From: the human T2T-CHM13v2.0 reference genome, Homo sapiens
Length of the DNA: 64,000 nt
Assembly (NCBI RefSeq): GCF_009914755.1
Contig: NC_060936.1
Reading direction: 5' to 3' (one strand)
The notes under the pieces were generated by a model. That model saw only the letters and a list, made by a program, of their open reading frames with translations. It did not search any database and was not told where the DNA came from. Of this stretch, positions 1 to 13,341 are shown piece by piece (within the stretch, counting starts at the first letter, position 1; each line of letters begins with the position of its first letter). A program made the translations under genes and the position numbers.

Positions 1-3000
1 GCTTTGGGAAGTATGAACATTTTAACAACGCAGATTCTTCCAATCCATGAACATGGAATATCTTTCCATTTTTTGTGTTCTCTAATTTCTTGCATCAATG
101 TTTTATAGTATTCATTGTAGAGATCTTCCATTTATTTTGTTAATTCCTAGGTATTTTATTTGATTTTTAGTTATTGTAAATGGGATTACTTTCTTCATTT
201 ATATCAGATTGTTCACTTTGGGCATATAGAAATGCTAAGGATTTTTTGTATGTTTTTTTATGCTGTAAACTTGAATTTGTTTATCAGTTCCAATATATTT
301 TTGATGGAGTCTTTACATTTTTTTCAAACGTAACATTGTATTATCTGCAAACAAGGATTATTTGACATCTTCCTTTCCAATTTGGATGCCCTTTCCTTTT
401 TTCTCTTGTCTGATTGCCTTAGCTAGGACTTCCAGGACTATGTTGAGTAACAACAGTGTTGATAGTTGGCAGTTGGCATTTATGTCACATTCCAGATCTT
501 AGAGCAACAGCATTCTGTTTTTCTCCATTCAGTAAGATACTCTACATGAATCTGTTGAACATGGATTTCATTGTATTAATGTATGTTTCTTCTATACCGA
601 GTTTTTGAGAGCTTTTGTCATAAAGGGATGTTGAATTTTATCAAATGCTTGTTCAGCATCAATTGAAATGATCATATGGCTTTTCTCCTTCATTCTGTTG
701 ATATAATGTTCACATTACTTGATTTACATATGTTGAATCATTCTTGCACCCCTGGGATAAATCCCACTTGGTCATGATAAGTGATCCTTTTAATGTATTA
801 TTGAATTCAGTTTGGTAGTATTTTGTTTAGGACTTCTGCATCAATGTTCATCATGGATATTGAGCTATAGTTTGTGTACGTGTGTGTCTTTGTTTAGTTT
901 TGGTTTCAGGGTAACAGTGGCATAACAGAATGAGTTTGGAGTAATTCCTCCTCTTCCACTTTTCAGAATAGTTTGAGTAGGATTGACAGATTTTCTTTAA
1001 ATGTTTAGTAAAATTCAGCAGTGACACCATCAGATCTTGGCTTATTTTTGTTGGGACACTTTTTATTATAATTTCAATCTTGTTATTTGTTATTGATCTG
1101 CTCATGTTTTGTATTTCTTCATAGTCTAATCTAGGTGGGTTGTATGCATCTAGAAATGTATCAATTTCTTCTGGATTATCCAATTTATTGGCATATAGTT
1201 GCTCATGGTAATTTCCAATTATCTTTTCAATTTCTGCAGTATTGGTTATAAAGTCTCTTTTTTATCACTCATTTGATTTATTTGGTCTTCTCTCTCTTTT
1301 TCTTAGTGTGGCTAAAAGATTGTGGGTTTATTCAGAAAACAAACTTTTAGTTTTGTAAATCTTTTGTATTGTTGTTTTGTTTCAATTATATTTCTTTCTG
1401 CTCTGCTCTTTAATTTCTTCTCCTCTACTGATTTTGGGTTGTGTTTTCTCTTGCTTTTCTAGCTCTTTTGTATCATTAGGTTCTTCATTTAAAGTTTTTC
1501 CTCTTTGTGATGTAAGTGCTTATTACTGTAAACTTTCCTCTAGGTACTGCTTTCGTTTTATCCCGTAGGTTTTGCTATATCGTGTTTCTGTTTTCATTTT
1601 GTTGGTGAATTTTTAAAATTTTATCTTAATTTCTTCCTGGTCTGACTGGCCATTCAGGAGCTTATTGTTTAATTTCCATGTGTTTGTATAGTTTCCAAAA
1701 ATTTCTCTTCTTGAATTTTACTTTTATTTTATTGGGGTTAGAGAAGATATGAGATAAAATTTCAATTTACTGAATTTTTTAAGGGTTGTTTAGTGGCCTA
1801 ACATATGGTCTCTACTTGAGAATAATCTGTGTTCTGAGGAGAAATTTGTATTCTGCAGCCTTTGGAGGAAGTATTCTATAAATGTCTATCAGGTCCATTT
1901 GGTCTGTAATACTGATTAAGTTTGATGTTTCTTCATTAATTTTTTCTAGATTAATTGTCCAATGCTGAAAGTTAGGTGTTAAGGAATCCAGATATTATTA
2001 TGTTTGAATCTGTGTCTCTCTTTATCTCTAATAATTTCTCTCTATATGTGTGTTCCAGTGTTGGGTGCATATATATTTTCAATTTATATATCCTCTTCCT
2101 GAGTTGACCCCTTTATTATTATATAATGACCTTTCTTCTCTCTTTTTATACTTTTGGTCTTGAAATCTATTTTGTCTAATATCAGTATATCTCCTCCAAC
2201 TCTTTCTTGGTTTCCATTTGCATGCATTATCATTTTGCATCTCTTCATTTTCCATCTATCTGTGTCTTTACAGACAAAGTGTGTTTCTTATAGGCAACAG
2301 GTAGCTGGGTCTTGAGGGATTTTGTGTTTGTTAGTTTTTGATCATTCAGCCACTCTATGTCTTTTGGTTGGAGAGTTTAATCAGTTTACATTCAATGCTA
2401 TTATTGGTAAATAAGGACTTACTCTTGCCATTTTGTTAGTTTTCTGGTTGTTTTGTGGTCTTCTCTTTCACCTTTCCTTCCATACTGTCTTCCTTTTAGG
2501 GAAGGTAATTTTCTGTGCTTGTATGATTTAATTTCCTGCTTTTAATTTTTGGGTATATCTTGTATTTTTTTTTTATTTGAGGTTATCATGAGGCTTGAAA
2601 ATAATATCTTATAATCCATTATTTTAAACTGATGATAATTTTACACTGATAGTATAAACAAACAAAAAACAAGCAAATAGATAATTAACAAAAACTCCAC
2701 ACTTTAACTTAATCCCTCACTTTTTAACTTTTAGTCTTTTCTATTTGTATCTTATTGTACTCTCTATATCTTGAATGTTGTTGGTTTTATTATTTTTGTT
2801 TGGTTTGTCTTTTAGTCTTTCTAGTCAAGATATGAGTAGGTTACACACCACAATTAGACTTTTGTAACACTTTGTGGTTTTCTATGTACTTACTATTACC
2901 AGTGAGTTTTGTACCTTCAGATAATTTCTTATTGCTCATTAGCATCCTTTCCCTCAGGTTGAAGAACTCCTGCTCGCATATCATGTAGGAAAAGTCTGGA

Positions 3001-3520
3001 GTTGATGAAATCCCTCAGCATTTGGTTGTTTGAAAAAAAATATTACTTCTCCTTCATATTTGAAGGATATTTTTCATTGGATATACTATTCTGGGATAAA
3101 AGTTTTTTCCTGCAGCACTTTAAAAATGTCAGGCCACTCTCTTCTGGCCTGTAAGATTTCCACTAAAGGTCTGCTGCCAGATGTACTGGAGCTCCTTTGT
3201 ATGTTATTTGTTTATTTTCTCTTACTGAATTTAGGATCCTGTCTTCACCCTTGATCTTTGGGAGTTTGATTATTAAGTGCTTTCAGGTAGTCTTATTTGG
3301 GTTAAGTCAGCTTGGTGTTATATAACATTCTTGTAACTTATATATTGACATCTTTCTCTAGGTTTAGGAAGTTCTTTGTCATTATTCCTTCAAATAAACT
3401 TTCTCCCCACATCTCTCTCTCTCTTCTTTAGGCCAATAATTCTCTGATTTTCTCTTTTGAGGCTGCTTTCTGTATTGTGTAGGTATACTTCATGTTTTTT
3501 AGTCTTTTTTCCTTTGTCTA
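1..3520 (-). mobile_element. L1 (L1M1/L1MA-type) ORF2 5' half, inter-ORF region and ORF1 3' part; decayed; continues beyond window start
   Basis: Antisense L1 ORF2 sequence; ORF 851..1183(-) reads as ORF2 remnant (EEIDTFLDAYNPPRL..EEIQNM); ORF1-type sequence ~2900-3520; many stops and frameshifts. Confidence 0.9.
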
Positions 3521-3889
3521 TGTATTAGTCCATTCTCACACTGCTATGAAGAAATACCCGAGACTGGGTAATTTATAAAGGAAATAATTTTAATTGACTC
3601 ACAGCTTTGCGTTGCTGGGGAGGCCTCAGGAAACCTACAATTATGGTGGAAGGCAAAGGAAAAGCAGGCACCTTCTTCACAGGGTAGTAGGACAGAGTGA
3701 GTGCAAGCAGGAGAAATGCCAGATGTTTATAAAACCATCAGATCTTGTGAGACTCACTCATCATCACAAGAAGAGCATGGGGGAAATCACCCCTATGATT
3801 CAATTACCTCCATCTTGTCCCACTCTTGACAGGTGGGGATTATGATTCAAGGTGACATTTGGGTGAGGACACAGAGTCAAACCATATCA
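3521..3889 (-). mobile_element. THE1D solo LTR (ERVL-MaLR) inserted in L1 ORF1
   Basis: tgtattagtccattctcacactgctatgaagaaatacccgagactggg ... gacacagagtcaaaccatatca matches reverse-complemented THE1D; L1 resumes on both sides. Confidence 0.9.
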
Positions 3890-4417
3890 TTTTATTCTTA
3901 TTATATATTTTCAAATAGCCTGTCTTCAAGCTCACTAATTCTTCCTTCTGCTTGATTAATTCTGCTGTTAAGAGATTTTGATGCATTGTTCAGTATGTCA
4001 GTTGCACTTTTCAAGTTCGGAATTTCTATTTGACCCTTTTCAATTATTTCAATCTCCTTTAAAATTTATCTAATAGGATTCTGAATTCCTTCTCTGTGTT
4101 ATCTTAAATTTCATTGAATATTCTCAAAACAGTTATTTTGAATTCTCTGTGGACAGGTCACATATCTCTGTGTCTCCAGGATTGGTCACTGGATTCTTAT
4201 TTAATTTGTTTTGTGAGGTCATGTTTTCCTGGATGGCCTTGAAGTCTGCTGATGTTTTTCAGTATCTGGGCATTAAAGAATTAGGTATTTATTGTAGTCT
4301 TCACCATTAGGGCTTATTTGTAGCTGTCCTTTTTGTGATGACTTTCCAGGTATTCAAAGGGACTTGAGTGTTGTGATCTAAGTTGTAGGTTACTGCAGCC
4401 ATGTCTCCATTAGGGAG
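3890..4417 (-). mobile_element. L1M1/L1MA ORF1 5' part (continuation)
   Basis: ttttcaaatagcctgtcttcaagctcactaattc... continues the L1 interrupted at 3520. Confidence 0.85.
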
Positions 4418-6707
4418 TGAATTAATCTGTTTTTATGCTGCTAATAAAGACATACCAAAGACTGGGTAATTTATAACAGCAACAAAAAAAAAGTTTAATT
4501 GAATTTCAGTTCCATGGCTGGGGAGGCCTCACAATCATGGCTGCAGGTAAATCAAAAGAGGAGCAAAGTCACCCCTTACATGGAGGCAAGCAAGAGAACT
4601 TGTGTAGGGGAAATTCCCTTTATAAAACCATCAGATCTTGTGAGATTTACTCACGATGCTGAGAACAGCATGAAAAAGACTAGACCCCATGATTCAACTA
4701 CCTCCCACCTGGGAGCTATAATTCAAGATGAGATTTGGGTGGGGACACAGCCAAATTATATCATTCCACCCCTGGCCCCTCGCAAATCTCATGTTCTCAC
4801 GTTTCAAAACATAATTATGCCCTTCCAATGACTTCCCCAAAGTCTTAACTCATTTCAGGTTAACTCAAAAGTTCACACTCCAAAGTCTCATCTGAGACAA
4901 GGCAAGTCCCTTTCACCTATGAGCCTATAAAATCAAAAGCAAGTTAGTTACTTCCTAGATACATTGAGGATACAGGCATTGGTTAAATACACCCTTTCCA
5001 AATGAGAAAAATTGGCCAAAACAAAAGGGCTACAGGACCCATGCATGTCTGAAATCCAGCAGGGCAGTCATTGACTCCATATCTCAAATCCAGGTCACGC
5101 TAATGCAAGAGTTGGGTTCCCATGGTCTTAGACAGCTCTGCCCCTTTGGCTTTTCTGGGTACAGCCCCTTCCTGGCTGCTTTCATGGGCTGGCATTGAGT
5201 GTCTGGGGCATTTCCAGGTGCGTGGTGCAAGCTGTCAGGGGATCTACTATTCTGGGTTCTGGAGGACAGTGACTTTGTTTTTACAGCTCCACTAAGCAGT
5301 GCCCCAGTGGGGACTCTGTTTGGGAGCTTACACCCCACATTTCCCTTCTGCACTGCCCTGGTAGAGGCTCTTCATGAGGACTCTGCCCCTGCAGCACACC
5401 TCTGCCTGGACATCCAGGCATTTCCATACATCATCTGAAATTTAAGTGGAGGTTCCCAAACCTCAATTCTTGACTTGTGTGCACCTGCAGGCCCAACACC
5501 ACGTGTAAGACACCAAGGCTTGTGGCTTGCACCCTCTGACCTAACAGCCTGAGCTGTATGTTGGCCCCTTCTAGACATGGCTGGGATGCAGGGAACCAAG
5601 TCTCGAGACTGCACAAAGCGGAAAGGCCCTGGGCCCAGACCTTTAAACCATTTTTCCTCCTAGGCATCCTGGCTTGTGATGGGAGGGGCTGCCATGAAGC
5701 CCTCTGACATGCCTTGGGAGACATTTTCCCCATTGTCTTGGTGATTAACATTTGGCTCCTTTTTACTTTTGCACGTTTCTGTAGCTGGCTTGAATTTCTC
5801 CTCAGAAAATGGGTTTTTCTTTTCTATTGCATCATCAGGCTGCAAATTTTTTGAACTTCTATGCTCTGCTTCCCTTTTAAACATAATTTCTAATTCCAAA
5901 CCATATCTTTGTGAATGAATAAACCTGAATGCTTTTAAGAGCACCCAAGTCACATCCTGAATGCTTTGCTGCTTAGAAATTTCTTCTGCCAGATGCCTGA
6001 AATCACCTCTCTCAAGTTCAAAGCTCCACAAATCTCCAGGTCATGGGCAAAATGCTTCCAGTCTCTTTGCTAAAGCATAGCAAGAATCACCTTTGCTCCA
6101 GTACCCAACAAGTTCCTCATCTCCATCTGAGACCACCTCAGCCTGGACTTTATTGTCCATATCACTATCAGCATTTTGGTCAAAGCCATTCAACAAGTCT
6201 CTAGGAAGTTCCAAACTTTTTCACATCTTCCTGTCTTCTTCTGAGCTCTCTAAACTGTTCTAACCTCTGCCTGTTACCCAGTTCCAAAGTTGCTTCCACA
6301 TTTTTGGGTATCTTTACAGCAGCACCTTGCTCTACCAGTACCAATTTACTGTATTAATCTGTTCTTACACTGTTAATAAAGACAATATTGAGACTGAGTA
6401 ATTTATAAAGGAAAGAGGTTTAATGGACTTACCGTGCCATGTGGCTGGGGAGGCCTACAATCATGGCTAAAGGCGAGTAAAGAGCAAAGTCATGTCTTAC
6501 CTGGCAGCAAGCAAGATAGCTTGCATAAGGGAACTACCCCTTGTAAAACCATCGGATCTCATGAAACTCACTATCATGAGAACTGCATGGGAAAGATCCT
6601 CCCTCATTACTCAATTACCTCACTCCAGGTCCCTCCCATGACATGTGGGAATTATGGGAGCTACAATTCAAGATGAGATTTGGGTGGGGACACAGCCAAA
6701 CCCTATT
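4418..6707 (-). mobile_element. Full-length THE1C element (LTR 4418-4763, internal 4764-6349, LTR 6350-6707)
   Basis: Two THE1C-type LTRs (gagcaaagtca.., gggagcta(c/t)aattcaagatgagatttgggtggggacacagccaaa) flank THE1-int; degenerate TSD gggag/ggggg within L1 sequence attagggggcatcccaagccc. Confidence 0.9.
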
Positions 6708-8551
6708 GGGGGCATCCCAAGCCCAGTAACACTGTGGGTTTTACTGACTCATATAGGTATGGCCTTGGTGGTTTTGGGTAAAATCTTGAAAGTTTCTCTG
6801 CATTACCCGGCAAAGAAGCTCGTTGTGTTCCCTTACTTTCTGCCAAACAAATGGAGTCTTTCTCTCTCTCTCTCTCTCTCTGTGCTAAACTGCCTGGAGC
6901 TGGGGAAGGGGTGACACAAGCACCCCTGTGGTCACCACTGCTGGACTGTGCTGGTTCAGACCTTAAGCCAGCACAGAACTGGGACCTGATCAAGGCTTAT
7001 TGTACCCACTGCCTGGCCACTGCCTATGTTTCCTCAAGGCCCCATGCATCTATCATTAGCAGAGAATGAACCCAGCTAGGCTTCTGTCCTGCCTTTCATG
7101 GTGGCAAGTTTTCTCAGCCCCAGGCAGGTTCAGATGTGTCATCTGGGAGGCAAGGCCTGGACTCCAGAACCTTAGGCATCTAATTGGTGCTATATTCTAC
7201 TGCAACTGAGACAACACCCAAGCCACAAGAAAAATGTCTTTCCATTCTTTCCCCTTTGCTCAAGCAGAGGAGTCTCTTCCTCATGACCACCACCACCCCA
7301 GGCCCTCAGTGAGTACTGCCTGGCTATTGCTCATGTTCACTCAAGGCCCGTGAGCTCTTTAGTCAAATTGTGGTGAAAGTTCATCAGGCCTGGCACTCTC
7401 CCTTTAGGACAGTGTGCCCCCTGTGGTCCAGAGCAGGTCCAGTGATGCTGTGTAAGACCCATGTCCTTCATTCAGGAGCCCCAGGAGCTCAGTTGGTGTT
7501 CTACCCCACTGTGGCCCAGCTGGTACCTAAGCTGCAGGACAAAGTTTCCTGTAGTCTCTCTTTTTTCAAGAAGATGGAGTCCCTCCCCATAACCACCACA
7601 GCTGGGAATGTGCTTGGTCACACCTGAAGTCAGCCCATCTCAGAGTCTTAACCAAAGTTCATGGCATGTAATATCTGGCCACCACTGCTTATTATTCTTG
7701 ACCTAAGGGCTCTTTAATCATCTAGTAATGAATCCTGCCAGGGACGGGTCATTCCCTTGGCGGCACCAGGTTCACTCTGGCTGAAGGTATATCTACAGAT
7801 GCCTGGAGCTAGGGCCTGAAATGGGGACCTCAGGACCCTGCCTATTGCCCTATCCTATTATTGCTGAGATGATATCCAAGTTGCAAGACAAAGTCCTCAT
7901 TTTTTTCCTCTATTCTCCTCAAATGGAAGGGCAGATTCTCTCCCAGAGCTGTAAGCTGAAATTGCTGGGATTTGGGAATGGGTGACACAAGCACTCCCTT
8001 GGCCACCCCAGCTGGTACTATGCATCCCAACACATGATCAAGACTTGTCCAGGAATTACAGTCCTTGTGGCCTAGACTGCCTTTCAACTTTATTTAGAAT
8101 GCCAGAACTCTTTAACCCACAGTGGCATTACTTGCTAGAAGTCAAGTTGCGACCACCATGATGGGCAATTCCCCTCTGGCTAGTGCTAGTCTAAATGCTC
8201 GCAGCTCTGCCAGGTGCTGTTTTCCACTGTGACAGGGAAACACTGGGTTCCAATTTAAAGTCCCGTATTCATTGTGCTCTGCCTTCTCTTAGCTCACAGG
8301 TTCACTCTTTGTACCACATGGCAACTGCCCAGGAATGGGGAAGGAGTGGCATCTGCAATTCAAGACTGTCTTTCCTACCCCTCATCAGTGTCTTTTTCAG
8401 TTATATGGAGTTAAAATCGGCGTTGTGATCACTCACCTGATTTTTGGTTCTTATAAAGGTGCTTTTTTTGTGTAGATAATTGTTAAATTTGGTGATCCTG
8501 CAGGAAGGATGGTTGGTAGAGGCTTCTATTTGGTCATGTTGCTCTGTCTCC
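6708..8551 (-). mobile_element. L1M1-type 5'UTR to the element's 5' terminus
   Basis: End reads (rc) ggagacagagcaacatgaccaaatagaagcctctaccaaccatccttcctgcagg...aaaaaagcacctttataagaaccaaaaatcaggtgag, typical of the L1M1 5' end; internal ~300-bp repeats. Confidence 0.8.
6861..6881. repeat. (CT)n microsatellite
   Basis: tctctctctctctctctctct. Confidence 0.9.
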
Positions 8552-10112
8552 AAACATATGAAAATTTTTATGTGTACTTTTGCATTTATCATGGACTTTA
8601 GTTTTTCTTAAATTTGATGAAAATTTAACCTACCATCAGGAGAAATTTTAGACACAAGAACAAAAAAGATAATCCTACAATGTGTTTTGTTGTTGTCTGA
8701 GACATTTTAACAAATTAGACATTACAAATATCTGGTTTGCCAAATCAAACTTTTTGATACATCACTATTCTACAATTCTGAGTGGTTTAATTGAACATCT
8801 TACTTGTCTGTACACTGACTCGTGCTGGTGTTTTTGTTACCCAAGGAATTTAGTTAGTGTATCTGAATGCTAAGGAAAGTGGAACTAATTGGTGGCTTGC
8901 AAAGTAAGGTGTTAATAAGTAACACTTTAAATGTGTTACTTATTAATAGCTGTTAGGCATATATGGTATGGAAATGGTAAACAATTGAATATTAATTTTC
9001 TTCTTTAAAATCATTAAATCTTAGGTGCTTCAAATTTTATAACTAAAAATTTTAAAGATCTACCCAGACCTCTCTGTTTCACAAATGGGAAAAGAAAGGA
9101 AGGCCCAGAAAGAAAAATATTTTCTTTATTTAAGTAATGGGGGATAAAAAGTAATTTTGATTTTCTTTTATTTGCAAATGTGCTAATGAAAAAACAGTAT
9201 ATAATAAAGTTTTTTTAATGAAGAAAAGTAATTTAAACTAAAAAAAGTTACCAATTTTTTATTGGAATTTTTCTAAATCGCTTTTGAAACAATATTGCTA
9301 TAATACATAAATAATGAGACTAATGGTAAACTCTAAAATGTGGTAACGCCAGATAAACACATTTGGTAAGGTTATTGCTTCAATTTTGTGCTATGTGAAT
9401 TATATATCTCCACAAACTTTTTCAGGAAAATCAATTAAGACCTTCCTTTGGCCATTTTCTAATTTTTCCATTACTAGATAAAAGAGCTATTAGGTCAAAT
9501 AGATTATTTTTCTAGAAACAAATTATTGATTATTACTTAAACATCACTAGCGTATATGGATTGTGCTTTAATATCTTACTTCTGAAAATGTAGATACAAA
9601 ATAAGGTTTTTATAAAATGGCCTAAAGGAAAAATTTTTATCTATTATGTAAGCAAAATTCTTGGAGTCAAAGAGACATGGAAGAACAGAAAAATAAGAAA
9701 TGTAAAGTTTTCAATATGTAGCCTTAAATAATTAATTTATTAGTTGAGTTTGGTGTTCTTAGGATAAAGATGCAAAAAAGCAGCTTAAACAACATCTCAA
9801 TAAGACATTATTGAGCAGGGATGCTGCATTATGTTTGTCTTTTATGTCTTGTATGTGTTTCTCCTATGAGCCTCCAGGTGAGGCTCCCTCACAGAACTCA
9901 TTGTAGACTATTTAACTGTCTATGATCTTCCTTTTGTATGTTTATTAGCCCTTTGTAATTTTTTCACTGTGAATTTGCCACTCAAACAATTTACTCATTT
10001 TAATGGGGTGCTGGTCTTATTCTTTTCTTTATTAAAACATCATTAGCAATTATTTCATGTTTATATATTCATGTAAATAGTAGATATTCTGTGTAGTACT
10101 AAGAAAAAAGAT

Positions 10113-10640
10113 TGGGACTTTCGTTTCTAGAAAAATGGTGGGTTAGATTGTTCAGAGTAATCATATTAATGTAAATATGAAAATAGTTTGATGTAACTCA
10201 TTTTAAAATAATTTTAATTAATAAGACATCCAACAAGACAGTAAATGCATTTAAGAGAATTAGAAATCCAGGGAGGTTAAGTGGAACCATTAAGACATTT
10301 GCCCTAAAGGCATTTGCCAATCTGTGAATAGGTAAAAACTTCTGTTTTGATGACTTTTGATGGCAAGGGGAGCAGAAGTTGAAGTCTTTGGTTTCCTAGA
10401 GTGGAAACTTCAATAGAACCCATAACACATGAATTTTGGATTCCCAGAAAACATACCTTCAGAGGGAAGGAGACATAACTACCACCAGAAAGTATTTTTC
10501 TAAAAAGTTGCTCAGAACTTGGAGGAATAAGAGAAAAAAAAAAAAAAAACTCTTAAGCAGTGGGGAAAAAAAAAGCTGTCCTGTGCACTTGTAATTCCAA
10601 GGAGACATATTCTAACCATTGTCAGATGACAGAGGTGGAA
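10113..10640 (+). mobile_element. Possible old L1M/L1ME 5'-end fragment
   Basis: gggactttcgtttctagaaaaatgg resembles the gacttccgcttc..aagatgg start of ancient L1 5' ends; highly diverged. Confidence 0.35.
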
Positions 10641-11219
10641 CAACCAGTCTCTAAGGGGATCCAGACTTTCCCTCATCTTTCTGTGCTTCCCTTATCTCCT
10701 GTTGGGCTTAGAAGCCCTCCAAACTCTCCCAACCTCTGCCTGTTACAGTTTCAAAGCTGCTTCCACATTTTTAGATTTCTTAATGGAAAGACCTCACTCC
10801 CTGGGATCAATTATCTGTTAGTCTCTTCTTGCATTGCCATAAATAAATATCTGAAACTGGATAACTTAAAAGAAAAGTGGTTTAATTGGCTTACAGTTCA
10901 GTAGGCTGTAGAGGAAGCATGGTGCCAGCATCTGCTCAGCTTCTGATGAGACCTCAGGAAGCTTATAATCATGGTAGAAGGCAAAGTTGGAGCAGGCATG
11001 TCACATGGCGAGAGACAGATCAAGAAAGGGGAAAGAAGGGCAACAATCTTTTATACAATCAGATCTTGTGTGAACTAACAGAGTGAGAATTCACTAATCA
11101 CCAAGAGGTTGATGCTAAACCATTCATGAGGGATTAGCCCCCATGATGCAAACACCTTCAGCATTGTGGATTATAGTTTAACATGAGATTTGGAGGAGAC
11201 AGACTTCCAAATTATATCA
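10641..11219 (-). mobile_element. MSTB LTR (~10814-11219) with ~170 bp of adjoining MST internal sequence; remainder deleted
   Basis: ggaagcatggtgccagcatctgctcagcttctg...catgagatttggaggagacagacttccaaattatatca = MSTB rc; upstream ctttccctcatc..caacctctgcctgtta..caaagctgcttccacattt = MaLR internal start. Confidence 0.85.
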
Positions 11220-13341
11220 CTAATCCTACTCAAACTATTCTGAAAAATAGAGGAAGGAATACTTTCAAACTCATTCAATGAGGCCAATATTACTTTGATA
11301 CTAAAACTAAACATACATCAAAAAGGAAAACTACAGGCCAATATCCCTGATGAATATTGATGCAAAAATCCTTAAAAAATAAACCCAACAAACTGAAGTC
11401 AACAACACATTAAAAATACAGTTCATCACAACCAAGTAAGATTTACCCTAGGGATGCAAGGATGGTTCAACATATTTGAATCAATCAATGTGATACATCA
11501 TATCAACAGGATGAAGGAGTAAAACCATATTAGCATTTTAATTGATGCTGAAAAAAATCTGATAAAGTTCAGTACCCCTTCATGATAAAAATTTTCAAAA
11601 AACTGGATATAGAAGGAATATACCTCAAAGCAATAAAAGCCATATATGACAGACCCATATCTTGTATTTACTGAATAGGAAAAACTGAAAGCCTTTTCTC
11701 TAAGATCTAAAACAAGACAAGGATTCCAACTTTCACTATTGTTATTCAACATAGTACTGGAAGTCCTAGCTAGAGCAATCAGAGAAAAAAAAAAGAAAGG
11801 GCATGCAAATTGGAAAGAACGAAGTCAAATTATCTTTGTTTGCAGATTATATGATCTTAGTGAAATAAGGTAGGCGCAGAAAGACAAATTTCACAAATAT
11901 CCCAAATTTATACATCTACAGTGAACTCATTTTTAACAAAAGTGTCAAGACTGTACATTGGGCAGAGGACAATCTCTTCAATAGATGGTGCTGGGAAAAC
12001 TGTATATTCATATGCCTAAGAATAAAGCTAGACCTCTATCTTCCACCATATGCAAAAATCAAATCAAATCAAAATGGATTAAAGACTTAAATCCAAGACC
12101 TAAAACTATGGAACTACTAAAAAAAAAAAAACTGGGAACCTCTCCAGGACATTGAACTGGGCAAATATTTCTTGCCTCTTAGCCCACAAGCACAGGCAAC
12201 CAAAGCAAAAAAGAACAGATGTGATTATCTCAAGTTCAACTGCTTCTTCACAGCAAAGGTAATAATCAACAAAGTGAAATGACAACTCACAACATGACAG
12301 AAAATATTTGCAAACTACCAACTCGACAAGGGATTTATAACCGGAACATATTATAAACTCAAACAGCTCAACAGAAAGAAATCTAATAATCCAATTAAAA
12401 AATGGACAAAGGGTCTGAATAGATGTTTCCCAAAAGAAGACATAAAATGGCAAACAGATATATGGAAAGGTGTTTAACATCACTGCACCACAGGGAAATG
12501 CAAATCAATAAGGCAATAAAATACCAAATTACCCCACTTAAAATAGTTTTTATCCAAAAGACAGGCTCTGTTGATAGGAATGTTAATTAGTGCATCCACT
12601 ATAGAGAACAGTTTGGAAGGTCCTCAAAAAACTAAAAATAGAACTACCATATGATTTAGCAATCCCACTGTTAAGTATATGCCCCAAAGAAAAGTAATCA
12701 ATATATCAAACAGATATCTGCATTCCCTTATTTATTTCAGGACTATTCACAATAGCCAGATTTTAAGCAACCTAAGTGTCATCAACAGATGAATGGATAA
12801 AGTGTCAGATGTATACACAATGTAGTACTATTCAGTCACCAAAAAGAATAACATCTTGTGATTTGCAACAACATAGATGGAGCTGTAGGTCATTATGTTT
12901 AGTGAAATAAGGCAGGCACAGAAAGACAAATATCACATGCTGCCAATCATTTGTGGGAGCTGAAAAATTAAAACGACTGAACTCATGAAGATAGCGTGTA
13001 GAATAATGTTTAGTTACCAGAGGCTGAGAAGAATAGTAAGGGAGAAGGGGAAAGTGAGGATAGTTACTGGATACAAAAAACTAGTTAGATAGCATGAATA
13101 AAATCGAGTATTTGAGAGCACAATGGGAGGACTACAGTCAACAATAATTTATTGTACATTTTCAAATAATGGAAAGAGTATAATTGGATTATTTGTAAGA
13201 CAAAGGATGAATTCTTGAGGTGATGGATACTCCATTTATCCTGATTTAATTTTTACCTATTGTATGCCTGTATCACAACATCTCATAGACCTCATAAATA
13301 TATATACTTACTATGTACCAACAAAAATTAAAATACAAAAA
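11220..13341 (+). mobile_element. L1MA (L1MA2/3-like) ORF2 RT region to 3' end, with internal deletions
   Basis: RT motifs (..caaggattccaactttca..., tttgcagattatatgatctta = FADDMIL remnant); L1MA 3'UTR ending ..ctatgtaccaacaaaaattaaaatacaaaa. Confidence 0.9.

Noticed and set aside
851-1183. 110-aa ORF
   Set aside because: L1 ORF2 remnant that shifts out of frame; not an intact gene
5084-6031. Cluster of overlapping ORFs as a novel gene
   Set aside because: All lie in THE1C internal sequence; they are fragments of the decayed MaLR internal ORF and its alternative frames
7200-7990. ~300-bp internal repeats (..caag..caagacaaag..)
   Set aside because: Intrinsic repeat structure of the L1M1 5'UTR, not a locus-specific duplication
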